The notes beneath the pieces were generated by a model that was given only the letters and a program-made list of their open reading frames with translations, searched no databases and was not told where the DNA came from. From Podarcis pityusensis (Eukaryota), in assembly GCA_964106645.2 (NCBI GenBank), contig OZ067039.1: DNA of 64,000 bases; one strand, 5' to 3'. Position numbers and translations under genes: made by a program. Positions 1 through 12,649 of this stretch are shown piece by piece (position 1 is the first letter of the stretch; the number at the start of each line of letters is the position of its first letter).

Positions 1-266
1 AACATTAGGGGAGACTGGGAGCTCTGATGGACCCAGCCCAAAGAGCACAGCTACAGCAGCGCCTGCCACAGGCATGAAACAAGCACACGCACCAAGGCCT
101 TTGGGCAAACAGCCATCTGTACTCTCACCTCACTCCCCTCCACCATCCAAGAAGTTGAAGCCACATGGCCACAGGCTGTCAGCTGCGGCCAGCCTGCAAA
201 GGAAACAGGGTCTTTCTTCCAGTGCGTACTGGGCAGCAGATGCTGAGATGGCTCCACTCAATCTCT
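1..266 (+). CDS. WIZ: WIZ internal exon (5' end outside window), ...SAYWAADAEMAPLNL
   Basis: Open frame from position 2; donor T|GTAGGT at 267. Confidence 0.85.
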
Positions 267-3200
267 GTAGGTTCTATCAGCACTGGCTCCTGTCCCCTCC
301 TCTTCCTCTCCCCCTTCCTAGTCTTGTTTATGTGACATGGAGCTGTACGCTTAGAAATCCAGGCCCCTTGCCATTTCCTGCCACCATGTCCAATAAGCAG
401 CAAAGGGTTGGGGAAGCAAGCATTTTGGCCCACATGCTTTTCTTGCAAAGCTTTTTCTGAAATGTATAATGCAGCTTTCCCAGCTGGCCTGTGCGTGTGC
501 TGAAGTTAACTATTCCCTGTCCGGGTATTTTCTCCACGGTTATATCTTGCTCCAAATGGATGGCATCTCCCTGCCCCAGATAGGAGAAGGCTATATGGTT
601 GCTCTTCAGTTAAGAGTATCACAAGACAAGTGTGGATTCAATCTGATCTGCTGCAGATGGAAGGGGAATTAATTAAGCAGTTTGAAGGGAAGAGTGTGCA
701 ATCTTACATAGCCTGAGCCCTTTGGTGGCCATTGGTTTGAAATTGACTGCTGCATTTTTCACAGCACTCATTGGCTTTGTTTAGCGTCAGCAAAATGCTC
801 AGTACTGATGTGTTTCTCCATGGCATTTAATGTCTTAGCAGTTACAGAGCAAGGAAGAAGATTGCTTCTGCCATTTCCAATTTTACCAGGGCTTTAAAGT
901 GGCACTGCGACCCATTTCAGAGATGGAGGGGACAACTGCCTCCAGGTGGTGGGATTCCAGCTATTTCCCTCCCTCAGTGCAGGGAGAGTAGATGAGACCA
1001 GTCAAAGTGTGATCTGCATACTGCTGGCTTTAAAGCTGTTAAATAGCCATGGGCACCCCATATTGAATGGTGTGTTTCACCCCTTTGCACTAGCTGTCCT
1101 GCATTACCTAAAGGAGGCTGCATGGCTCAAGCTTACGGTGGCAAATACAGAGCACTTGGTGGTTCTTCCCCTGACACACATTGGGAAATGAGTCTTCTCT
1201 GAACTTCCTGACAGGGAGAATTAAGGCATTGAATTCTGGGACGGGAAAAGGTATTCAGCATTTCTCATTGTGGGATTTCCTATTCAGCTGTACAGCAAAT
1301 GTACTTTCATCCAGACGGGTGGCCCTTCGTTTTGAAGGAGACAGTGGGATCATGGAGAAGAAACTGGCCTTCATGCCCGATTCCTTGCACGCACATGATC
1401 ATCTTCCTTTGAAAGCTTGATCAGGGTGCGAAGGAAAGCACACAGCTTCTGGTATACCTCCTCGCTAATCTCATGACATAGGACCAGCCATTCTCAGCAT
1501 TTTTTATAATTTGGCAGCACCTGCTCTTCACTGTCTCCTGTCATGTATCCAGTGTCCCCTGCTCTGACCACATCCTACCCCAGCTTTCATGCTTCACAGG
1601 AATTGTTGGTGGTTTTTTTTTTTATTTCTTTTCCTTTGGCCAATCTTGTTAAGGTATCAGCTTTGTCTTGTGTGAAATCCTTGTGCTATGTGCCTGCTTC
1701 ATACTGCCTTGTAAGGGAATAACCTAGTTGGTGTCCACGTCACATCCTGCTCCCTGCCCAATCCCTTTTTCAGCCTCTGTAATGGCCTGTCTCTCCTCTC
1801 CTCTTTCTCCTCAGCCTCTGGAGCAGAACCTGTGCGGGATATCAGGTGTGAGTTCTGCGGTGAATATTTTGAGAACCGGAAAGGGCTCTCCAGCCATGCC
1901 AGGTCACACCTCCGTCAGATGGGGGTAACTGAGTGGTATGTGAATGGCTCTCCCATCGACACCCTCCGAGAAATCCTAAAAAGGCGAGCTCAGCCTCGGA
2001 CCAGTACCTCCAACTCCCCAGCACAGGGTCAGAAATCACTTGCTCTGTCTGTTCTTGGAGGCTCCCTGGAGTCACGCGGTCCAGGGGAGAGCCATGTGCC
2101 TCCCATGCCTAAGAAGGCACAGCAGCCAGGGAGCCCTTTGGGGCACTCTCCTACCTCTTCTCCCCCAACTGCTAGAAAAATCTTCCCTGGGCTTTCTTCT
2201 CCCTCTTTGCACAAGAAACTGAAACAAGATCAGCTGCGTATGGAAATCAAGCGGGAAATGATGTCTGGGGGACTTCATAATGATTCACATCTATCTGATA
2301 GAGCTTGGTCACCACGAGAGGAGATGTCCCCACTCAATCTCTGTAAGTGTTAGCAACAGGGGCTGTATGCATAAGCCTTTAGTGATGGGCAAAAATGCAT
2401 GTTGGAATGGTGTGAAAGTGAAGAATTGGGAATTAGGGCTACATGATTTTTTCCCTCAGTAAACAGGGTGCTGCTGCCTAGTAATCAAGATCTCAGGTAG
2501 CATCAGTTTTATGCTCATGCATTCCTGCACTGGAGATTCTGAGAGCTTGTGACCATGTTGTATGGATTCCTTGTAAGATTGCTATTAGTGATTGGGGCCT
2601 TAGTACAGTGAGAAACTTTCTGTGTTTCCTCATTGGCAAAATAAATGCAAATATTCAGATACTCCTGTCTCCAAATGTGCAGTCACTCTAGAACTAACAG
2701 AGTGTTGAGAAGCATGCTAGCTTCAGGCATGGAGGACCCAGACCTGGAACCTGTTCAGCCTTTAAATTAAATAGGTGGCTTATCAGATATAAGTGAGATA
2801 AGTAGTTCATTTTGTGTGTGTGTTTTGAAAAGCACTGCAGAAATAAATAAGAAGGTTGTGAGAGGTGCATGACTGGTTGCTAATTACTTGCCTTTGAGTG
2901 TAAAGAATTCTCTGTGCATGTTGATTTGTCTTTTGCAGCCTCTCGTGCTGACCCCGTGCGGGATATTCGGTGTGAGTTTTGTGGTGAGTTTTTTGAGAAC
3001 CGGAAGGGGCTCTCCAGCCATGCCAGATCTCACTTGCGCCAGATGGGAGTAACTGAGTGGTCAGTCAATGGCTCCCCCATCGACACGCTACGGGAAATCA
3101 TAAAGAAAAAGAACAAGCCGTGCTTGATAAAGAAAGAGCCAAACACAATGAGCATTGAGCTTCCGCAGCCCATGGGGGAGGATGGAGCTGATCCTAAATC

Positions 3201-5652
3201 CCCGGGGAAAATGCTGCAGCCCCTGGCCTTGTCCCCGCTGGGCGGGAGGACTGGGAAACCACACCTTGGTCGGGAGCTTAGTCTGTCACCACTCAAGTCA
3301 CCAGAGGGCTTCTTGGCACCACTCTCCACTAAGCGCCCACTGCCAGATGAGCGGCTGAGCGGCCACAGTGAAGTGAAGCAGAAAACCTACATCCAGACGG
3401 AATTGCCATTCAAAGCCAAGCATGTGCATGACAAGCCCACTCATACATGTAAGTGCAAACCCCAGAATGGGGGAAAGGGTAAGGTTGGGATCCTGATAAA
3501 CCTTGGTATTCTATTTCAGGGCTTTCCCTTATGAAATTGAGTTGCTTTCAGGCTTGTTGGGCTGGGAGGGTAGATGCAACAATGTACATATGGACCTCAT
3601 ATAAAAGGTATTCCACTACAGCCTTTAGAAAAACCTTTTGATGCAAGGCAGTGTCCTGATAGGTAGGGGTTTTTTTAACATATAGTGGGCTTAGAGTTAG
3701 CCAACAACCCTGGTGTAGTACGTTGCCTCTTCTCCTTCTCTGGTATCAGCTAGCCTTTATGCGTCTTCTGGCTGGTAGAGAGTTATTTCATTATCTTTGG
3801 GGATTCAAACATTGGACAAATCAGTAAATGGTGTAAACTTCCGTGTCTTCAGCCGTAGGGCCAAAGTGGGCATCTTGCCTACTTATGGGCAAAGGATTCT
3901 GGGGTTTGGTTTACTTGACTTGTGGGCTACAGGTGATGGCAGTGCTTAGAAGTTTCAAAGTGGGATTTTCGGGCTGTTGGTATTGATCCCTGAGGATCCT
4001 TTGTGGGGAAATAAGAGTAGTGCCATGGAGCAAATAAGTCCTGGTGCTCTACACTTGAACTGTTACTGCTTAAGTCCTTTACTGAAGGTTTTGCTCAGTC
4101 TAGCTCCCTGCCATTTCTGCTCCCAGCCACCGAAGCCTGCTGTGAACTGTGTGGCCTCTACTTTGAGAACCGCAAGGCGCTGGCCAGCCATGCTCGTGCG
4201 CACCTCAGGCAGTTTGGAGTGACTGAATGGTGTGTGAACGGCTCCCCAATCGAGACTTTGAGTGAGTGGATCAAGCATCGTCCCCAGAAAGCCGGAGCCT
4301 ATCGCAGCTACATCCAAGGTGGGCGGCCCTTCACCAAAAAGTTTCGCAATGCATCTCACGTGCGCGACAACGATGCTTCTGGGAAGAGGGCTCCCCTGAG
4401 CCTGCAGGCAGGCAGCCCTCCACTGGCGAACAGAAGCCTCGGTGGGGAGATAGTGCCCAGTGAGCCTAGCAAAGCTGTGGATGGTGGCAGTGGCAGTGGC
4501 GGCAATGGCGGTGATCGACCTGCAGTCACGTCACCTCTGTCGCTGGTAAAGATGGAGGAGCATCAGCAGCATAACATAAACAGTGAGTCATTTCTCCCAG
4601 ATTTTCAACACAGGGCCCATCTGGGTACAAGGCTTTCTGGGCAGTCGGGAGGCCTTCTTGAGGCGGCAGCTGTATCTTCCTGGGGGGTGGGAGTGGTGGC
4701 AGTGAATGTTCAGGCACCAATTTAATTTCTCAGTATTCCCAAATTATTCATTGGCCCCAATGCTTTGGGTAGCTTCACCTTTGGCCTCAGAGAAATTCCT
4801 CAACAGATTGGCAAGTAAAGTTCTTAGTCATGGGGAGACGTTCAGCATGACAATGCTATTCGTGTAGCTTCCCCACTCTCCCGCATGACTTCTAGACTTT
4901 CTCCTGCCCCACCCTTCTTTTCTTCATAAAAATGTTTTCACAAAGTTCCTTTTTCATTCCAAATACATCACAGCCAATGCTGTTTGCTATATCCCAGCAT
5001 CCTAACGAAACAAATTTCCCCCCCTGTTCACTAGAGTTTGAGCGGAGGCAGGCCAAGCCCGTTGAGGCTCCTCCACCTCGAGAAGAGGAGATTGCTGATC
5101 TGCAGCAGAAGGTTGAAGAGGTCCGCCAGCCACCTCCCAGAGTGAGACCTGTGCCCTCCTTGGTTCCTAAGCCACCACAGACCTCCTTGGTGAAGTTTGT
5201 GGGCAACATCTACACGCTGAAGTGCAGGTTTGTGCCATTGTTCCATTTTGCTAATGCCCTTTTCTGCAGTGAAATTTGAATGGCTTTATAGTGTGGGCAG
5301 TTTGCTCTTAAACCTATTATAGGCAACAATCTTCTTGAACCTGGCCTCTTGGAGGCAGGGCAAGAGATGGGCAGGCAGCCTCAATTCCCACACACCCCTT
5401 TCCCACATTCTACTTTTAGAGGGTTTCCCTATGCGCTTTGAGATGAGCAAATCTTCAGCTTGGTTCAAATAGACTTTTGTGTTCTCTTTGTGCAGGTTCT
5501 GCGAAGTGGAGTTCCAGGGACCCCTCTCCATCCAAGAGGAGTGGGTGCGGCACCTCCAGCGCCACATCTTGGAGACTAACTTCTCCAAGGCCGATGCTTT
5601 GCGAAGTGGGACCGATGTGCCTGCGGCACCACCTGTAGCCGAGGCCCAGTAG
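1..5652 (+). CDS. WIZ: WIZ (widely interspaced zinc finger protein), 3' part; join(<1..266,1815..2342,2939..3448,4127..4582,5035..5227,5496..5652)
   Basis: Repeated CEFCGEYFENRKGLSSHARSHLRQMGVTEW C2H2 modules, C-terminal [38 protein letters not shown] finger, PLNLS motifs; all junctions GT-AG and in phase; adjacency to AKAP8L favours WIZ over its paralog ZNF644. Confidence 0.95.
1815..2342 (+). CDS. WIZ: WIZ zinc-finger exon (528 nt)
   Basis: Acceptor ctctttctcctcag, CEFC..H..H finger, ends MSPLNL, donor GTAAGT. Confidence 0.95.
2939..3448 (+). CDS. WIZ: WIZ zinc-finger exon (510 nt)
   Basis: Acceptor ttttgcag, CEFC finger, donor GTAAGT at 3449. Confidence 0.95.
4127..4582 (+). CDS. WIZ: WIZ zinc-finger exon (456 nt)
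   Basis: Acceptor ctcccag, CELCGLYFENRKALASHARAH finger, donor GTGAGT at 4583. Confidence 0.95.
5035..5227 (+). CDS. WIZ: WIZ penultimate coding exon
   Basis: KFERRQAKP...[10 protein letters not shown]; acceptor cactag, donor GTTTGT. Confidence 0.9.
5496..5652 (+). CDS. WIZ: WIZ last coding exon
   Basis: [31 protein letters not shown]...AEAQ, TAG at 5650-5652. Confidence 0.93.
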
Positions 5653-6900
5653 CAAAGCTCTTAGGAAGCACCAGCATTCCAGGGTTTCTCTCTTACCTTT
5701 CCAAATGAACAAGATTAATGGTTATCAGAATGAGGGTGAAAGCAGTATTTGACACCCTCCCCCCCCCCCCGTGCTCCACAGCTTTGCCCGCCTGTAAACT
5801 TAACTTGGATTTTGGGTGGGGCGGAGAGTTCACAGGAACAGTCCCAGAGTTTGAGCACTAAATTAACGATGCTGTTTTTAATGGAGATGCTCCTTTTTGA
5901 TGGAAATGGTATTCCAAACTGGAGCTCGCTTTTATCTGCACAAAATTAAAACGGAAATTTCCTTGTCCTTTCAGTGAATGCAGGTTTCTCCAAAGACACA
6001 CACTTGTTACAGTGAGGAAACATGGACTTGCTCTGTTGCAGTTCAGGCTGTGAGAGATGTGATGGTGAGAATTGTGAATATGAGGTTCTAGTGAAAGTTG
6101 TGAACATGAGGATTTGTTTGAGGTCAGACACAAGCAAGTTGGGAGGGTAGACACAGAGCACTTTGTTCTGTGGGAAAGCTGTTGATTCTGTATGTGACTC
6201 TAGAGTTAATGTATGTTTGACTCCTTAGGTGACAAGTCTTTAGTTTCTGTAGACGTTGGATCCTGTTGTGCATGTTCACGTTCCCTAACTGTGTGATGGA
6301 GGGCCTCAGTCCCACCTGCATTGAAGGGGAAATCATGGACTCTTTGACCCATATACATTTCCCCTTTCCATAACTTCCCAATGTCACCTGGTTATCCCCA
6401 TCTGTTTCATGTGGGACCCTGTAGGGAATTCAGCTCTGCCACGTTATGGCAATGAGATTTTGGCAAAGAAATATGGATTTTTCCTGTCTTTAGCCTTGGG
6501 CTGAAGAATGGGTAATGATGTCCCATAGATAACCTCTGCCTGAAATCAGGGATGACATGTCCTGGACAAGCAAGTCCCTTCCAAGGGTACCTGAAGAGTT
6601 TGGACTTCTTGCAGGTGGAGGGCCTCTATGTTTCTCCTTTTTAGCAAGAACTTGGTGCAGTTCCCAAACCAGCAACAGTAGGTCCTACTGGAATTTCTGC
6701 TTTCCTGTTATTTCTCACTGTTGCTGTCCTCGTCTCTCTTCATAGAACCTCAACTTTTTAAACTCTAGTTTTGTGTAGAAATAACAAGCATTCATTTTTA
6801 TTTGGATCCCAGGCTGAGCAGAGTCTGGAGGCAAATTACCTTTTAACTTTTTCAATGGGCATATTCTGGTTATTACTGTACCTAGGAATATGTATATTAG

Positions 6901-6906
6901 ATTAAA
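6901..6906 (+). terminator. Candidate WIZ polyadenylation signal (ATTAAA)
   Basis: ATTAAA preceded by TGTA motifs and followed by GT-rich sequence, ~1.25 kb after the stop. Confidence 0.35.
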
Positions 6907-8216
6907 CCTGTTCTGGAAACAAAAGGAGAATCCTGAGTGTGTGCTTTTCTGGTTGTATACTTACGTGGAAGGTGGAGAATGTGTTGTGGTTTCTATAGAG
7001 AGGTGTCCCAAGAGCTGCCAGTGGATGTGGAAGCTGTTTCCTGGAGAAACCTTAGACTGTATCACTCCAGGATAAAACTTAAACTAGCAGACTCACTGTC
7101 TTGGTAAGGTGTACTTTAAAAGTGTATTGGTGTATAAGCTTTTTTTTAAAATTGCTTTAATTTTCCCTGTGTTTAATGTATTTCCCACATCTCACCTCAT
7201 CTCTGGCAATACAGTCTGAGCCCCAACGCATACAGGACTTTTGTAGAACAGATACTGAAATCCTTGTATCAAAGTGTGTCATCACTGTTGCGGGCGCCTA
7301 TTCTGCCATGTACAACTTCTTCCTCTGTTTCTGATTTTTAAAACAATCTCTTTTTATTCTTCGGTCTCCCATAGCAGGCTGAGCAGCAGTCATGTTATGA
7401 AACCAAAGTCACAACTCTAAGCTTTTTTTATTCAGCGCCTATAATACAGAAGAATGTCCCAGCACAAGACAGTGTAACAGCATCACCATATGTCGCAGTG
7501 GGTTCCTCTTAGACCAAAGCAGGGGTTTAAACCTTTATTTCAGTCCAGGCATTCCGTATAAAGTTATGTGGAAATCTTGCAGCACAGAATGATGCATTGG
7601 TGAGCAAATTCCTCACCATATATAACTGGGCCAGTTTCCAGAGCAGGGACTAATATGACAATATAGTTCCAAACATTACATAACTCCCTGTGCTAAAAGC
7701 TGCCTTCCCAAAACACTGTGTGGAGGGTGTTATTATACCTGTCACTACTTTAAATTAAAGGGTAGCAATAGCACCATAGCTTTCCAGCCAGCTTCATTCT
7801 GACTGTCCTGAAAAATGGAAGGAGAAGTGGGTAGCACAATGTATCTTGCATGCAACCATCCCTATTGCTTTCTTTTAATCAAAGGCCATGAAGGATGCAT
7901 GCATGGTTGATTCTGCCTTGTTTCCATTGCCTCTCCCATCCGAGATGTGTTCTTCCTTAGCATCATATCTGATTGAAAAGTATTCCATGAGAGTGGTAGC
8001 AGGGAAATGCTGGTTGGCAGCTACCATGTGCCAAATACTATCCATGTTCCCCCTGTCTATTAACTTAACAGGAAAGCATTACACCTCTGCTTTTCATTGT
8101 ACAGTGGCTTTCACTTCTAAGTGCATTAAAGGCAACTGAAAGCATCTAGCTTAAATAATTGGCTGCTTGGTTCAAATCAATATGTATAATCCAGCTCTCC
8201 CTTAACCCCTTAGGAT

Positions 8217-8653
8217 TGTCAGGAAAGAGTGCTGCAGTGACCTTAGTCCCCAACAGACAGATTTGCCTCTAAGGCAGTCTAGTGACAGCGTCCATTAGCC
8301 ATCTTGTCTCCTGACCAGGCTGCGTAGTACACCTGTCTCCTCCACCTGATCTGATCTCCACCTCCACCTCCTGATCTGAGATACCGTCCCTCCTGCATAC
8401 AACTCCTGATCCTAAACATTGTGAAATTTATTCAGAGTTCCCTCTATGATTGGACCCTTTGTGTGTTAAGTTCATGTCTCATCTCTAGTCACTTAGCCTT
8501 CCTTCAAGTTCTTCATTGTCATTCGCTTCCCAACTCTGAGCCTTACCTTCAGCATTGTAGCCTCAGGCCTCCCTGTTCCTCAGATTCCTTGTATCTTGGG
8601 ACTTCTGCTACCACCTGTCCCGAAGAGAGGTTCTACTCTCCTCCAAACTGACA
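8217..8653. mobile_element. Possible solo LTR
   Basis: TGTCAG...CTGACA inverted termini, strand-skewed interior, minus-strand AATAAA (TTTATT 8427-8432); no clean target-site duplication. Confidence 0.3.
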
Positions 8654-8879
8654 ACATTCCCCTTCCTTACAGAAGTAGCAATGCAAGCTGTTTGGTTCTT
8701 TGAACAACTGGAATTGTATGCCGCCACATTAACCCAACCAATTAATGCCAGAGGTTTCACTGCCTAAAGCACAATATAATCAGTTTGGTTAAGCAGTTGC
8801 AGTTTTTTTAATCTACTGATAGGTTCCCCAGAAAATTGGTTAGCAGACTGTAAGGGGAAAGGTGATACTTTTAATAATT

Positions 8880-9031
8880 AGCGCCAGATGCAGCTTGTCA
8901 CGCTGGCCACGTGACCCAGAAGTGTCTTCGGACAGCGCTGGCCCCCGGCCTCTTAAGCGAGATGGGCGCGCAACCCCAGAGTCGGACACGACTGGCCCGT
9001 ATGGGCAGGGGTACCTTTACCTTTACCTTTA
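8880..9031 (+). mobile_element. Sauria SINE, 5'-truncated
   Basis: gctggccacgtgacccagaagtgtc...gagtcggacacgactgg core ending in an (ACCTTT)n tail. Confidence 0.85.
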
Positions 9032-9879
9032 GAACTGCAGGCAGCAAGCACCATTTTATAAGAAGCATTCTCCCTTATGACCAGAAAGAATGCTTCTTGT
9101 AAGATGCTTGATATCATGTATGTGTGCATCATCTTTAAAACAAAGCATGCCTTTTGCTTCAGGGATATTGTTTTTACAAATATGCAAATTTTCATTAATT
9201 GATTTAATCAAGTAAAACTTGTATAGCCAATTAGTTTACATTTATTTAATTGGGTTGCATTTGCAACTTTGGAATCTTTCAAATTGATTCCCCCCTTTTG
9301 CCAGTACTCTTGATATTCTTTTTTTGGAGTTGAGCCAACTATGTGTTCCTTTGAAAGGGCCTGCCTCACTAATAAAGTTTGATGTTCCAGTAGGCAAAGA
9401 TCTTATTCCTGTTAGAGGGTGGGTTTTTTTGGTAATTATTATACAAGCTGCCCTTTATTATGTTTGTTCCAAGAGGCATTGCATTCAACCTTTTATCAAA
9501 TTATCTGTAGATGGGAGTAAAACTCTTGAATGCCTTATCTTAAAGGGGCAAAGCCCATGAATTATGCAGATGTAAATAGTTGAGAAGGGAGATCACAGGG
9601 AAATATGGAATTTTCTGTGAGATAGTTCAGGACCACATTTTTTTCTGAAAAGGCTGAGTCTGCGCTACTTACAGGGGGGGGGGGGGGGCAGAGAAGTTAC
9701 AGTATTATGTTTGTTTAGCCAGGGAGCATTATGCTCATTCCGTCCCTGCAACCAGATATTGATATAGCCTGTTTCAGACCATTTCCAATGGGTCTTTAAT
9801 AACAATTTCACCCTCAATTGCACCGTAAAATGTTGGACATGATGTTTCCATTTTCTCCAATCTTCAAACAAAGGAACAG

Positions 9880-9980
9880 ACATAGGAAACTGACTTAGAC
9901 TGAGACCATCTAGCTCAGTAGTGTTGTCTACCAGGAGAAACTTGGAACCTTTTGCAGGCAAAGCAGATGCTCTACCACAC
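9880..9980 (-). mobile_element. Squam3-like tRNA-derived SINE remnant
   Basis: Reverse complement shows tRNA-like head GTGGTAGAGCATCTGCTTTGC and tail ending in ..CCTATG. Confidence 0.55.
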
Positions 9981-12649
9981 GCTAACGTTGTGATACGAAT
10001 GTTTCTCATCTTGTTAAATGAAGTAAAAACAAGGGTGTTAACTGAGGTAGAGTAGTGGTTCATGCTGCATTGTGGCATGGTAGGAGACAATGCTAATATC
10101 ACACTCTAGCAGCTTACATGATTAGCTATACTTGGAAATCAAACTCCTTAATGAGTCTGACAAGGTCTTGGTTTTTTGCTAAGGCTTGTACTTTGTCAGA
10201 AATCTGAGAATATCCCTTCCCAGTTGTCCTGATGGAGGTAAAGATCTTCAGTGAGCCCTTAGCTTAAGCCCTCTTCAGCACTAAAAGACCCACATACTCA
10301 AGAGGCTCTGCTCTTCTTTGGGTGCAGGAAATTTCATCAAGGATGCCACACTCCTGGAACAGTCGAGTACTTCATTTGGGAGAAAAATTCCTTGTAGGCT
10401 GAAGCTAGAGGCTCGTAGACACAATGCTGTACAAATTTCTGCTATAATCTACATTAATGGAATAAAAGATGAACATAAACCAAAGGACAAGGAATGACTT
10501 GCTTGGTCTACTCCACTGGAGTCAGGCCATTATGGCATTTGCAGCAGCTCTGAGACCCTGCAGGAGAAAGATGAAACAAAAGCATGTTCATAGTAATGGA
10601 GCCATGAGGCAGGAGATCTTGCAACAGCTTAAACATAGGCCAATTTGTTTTTAAAGCTTTAGGAATTACTATTTTCTTCAGCACACCAAGGACAATAGAA
10701 GGGTTGAGTGAATGAAATAGTTTCAAACAATTTAAGGCTATGCATGAATTTGTTAGTTCACTGTTGATACTTGGCTGTACCGAAGAGGATGAAGTTGGGT
10801 TTTGTAGAAAAGAGTTGAAATTGGCACAGCCTACTAAAATACAAGGTAAAGGTGCTAGCATGTATGATTAGAATTGTGTTCCAGCAGTGGTGCCAATCTA
10901 GTAATGTAAAACAATTATCAGAGTCTAGGCCGAAAGGATTAAAGTCAGGAAATCTGCCCTTAGAGAAAGCCACCAGTAGACTGATAATGTAAGTAAATCA
11001 GGATATTGTTTAGAAACAAAATACCAGTATCAGAGATTGCTTCATACTATGGCTCAAGCCTAGAGCATACTCAGAAGTTTAGGATCATAAGCAGGGCATC
11101 CAACAGCTCAAATCATGCCATGCCAACTAATGGATTCTTAGAAAGTCATGATCTAGAGTGTGTTACTTACCCAGGGCTGCTTAATAGTGCCTGCAAAAGT
11201 GCCTTTGCTATGAGTATTAGCATCATGTGGTAGATGTTTTATTCTTGCCCTCAGCATTATTCTGTATGTGCAAGCTGGAACGAATGAGACATTGGTAAAA
11301 ATCTATCTATTCAATTTGTCCTTTTTTAATAACAAGTAAGCAGAATAACTATTTTTGCCTGTGGCAACATTCAAAAATCAAATTGCGTCATCAAGCAGTT
11401 ATCCACTTTGTAGTTTAATCTTTTGTCAGTTCCTCTATTCTGACCTTCTGGTGTCCAATTTTTGAGTTTATGAAGGAAACCTAGTAACTATATTTTGAAT
11501 GTCTAATCCAAGAAGCTGAAATGGTTCCAATACTAGCTATGAAGCACCAAGCATTTTCAAATATGGTGGCAAAAAGGAACCCTCTCTGGTGTAGCTAAGT
11601 CCATAGCATTTTCGCTTTAGATGTTTATTAGCAATTGGAAATCCAGCTGTTATGCAAATATTACTTTTAATTATCAAATATTTATGGGTTAGAATCATAG
11701 AGTTAGAAGAGACCATCTTTCTGTTCTTCATATTTATCTGAAAATTAAAAGGCAGACACTTTGCCAAGGGCTTATGTTCAAGATAAAGTACAGTACTGAT
11801 TGACTAGGTGTTTGTTCTAATTCAGAATAATCAGACATGGTGTAATATATATAGCTATACATTATCAAAGGTGATAAGTGTTCAAAACACTTGGTTTCAA
11901 TAATGTGGTAATCTTGCAAGATAGGCTGATATTCATATATTACAACTGTAGCTCTGAGGTGAAGCAAGAGCCAAGGAGTGAATTCATGGCTGAGGTGAGA
12001 AACAACTGTGATATTGCAGCTTGCCGCTCACCGCTTCAGGCAACTCACTTTCCATTTGAATCCTGTTCAAACCAGAATCCCTCTGCAAATGGATTCTCTT
12101 CTAGAAAAGAATACTGCATTGCAGCAACCATAACTTAAAAGTGTAATGGGATGGTGGGAAGAGGACTTTTACCTAACCTCTGATACCATCCTTCATGGAA
12201 GAAACTGCCCAAGCGTTGTCTATATTCAAGGTGTTTGGTATTCTGAACCTCATCAGTGAAGAAGCACCGGCTTCCACGCTGGTTTGCATACCTTTGGGCA
12301 TTGGTTTGCATAGCTCTGTTTTTACCACCTTTTCAGCAACTTTAGCCCTGCCTTTACATCCCCTGTTAGTGTATGTCAGTTAGGTCCAGTTTGATACGAT
12401 GCAGGTGGTTGCACTGGCTCCACCAGTTGCATTGGCGGGCTGTCAAATCATTATTATTTTGTGTGTGGGTGAGAGAGAAATCTGACCTGATCTTTCTTTC
12501 TATTTAGAAGAAACCGTTTATGTGCTCGATCGTACACTGATGTTTTTCACTGAGAGGCGCTCAATTGCTACATCAAACTTTACGTTTGGGGAAGCAGGCT
12601 ACACCATGGTGTTATGCCCCTCTTTGCTCTGTCCCCCTCATAAGGGACA

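Noticed and set aside
9673-9688. Poly-G run (and poly-C runs near 5757, 23529, 57867) as functional G-quadruplexes
   Set aside because: Simple homopolymers, length-unstable and error-prone in assemblies; no supporting context
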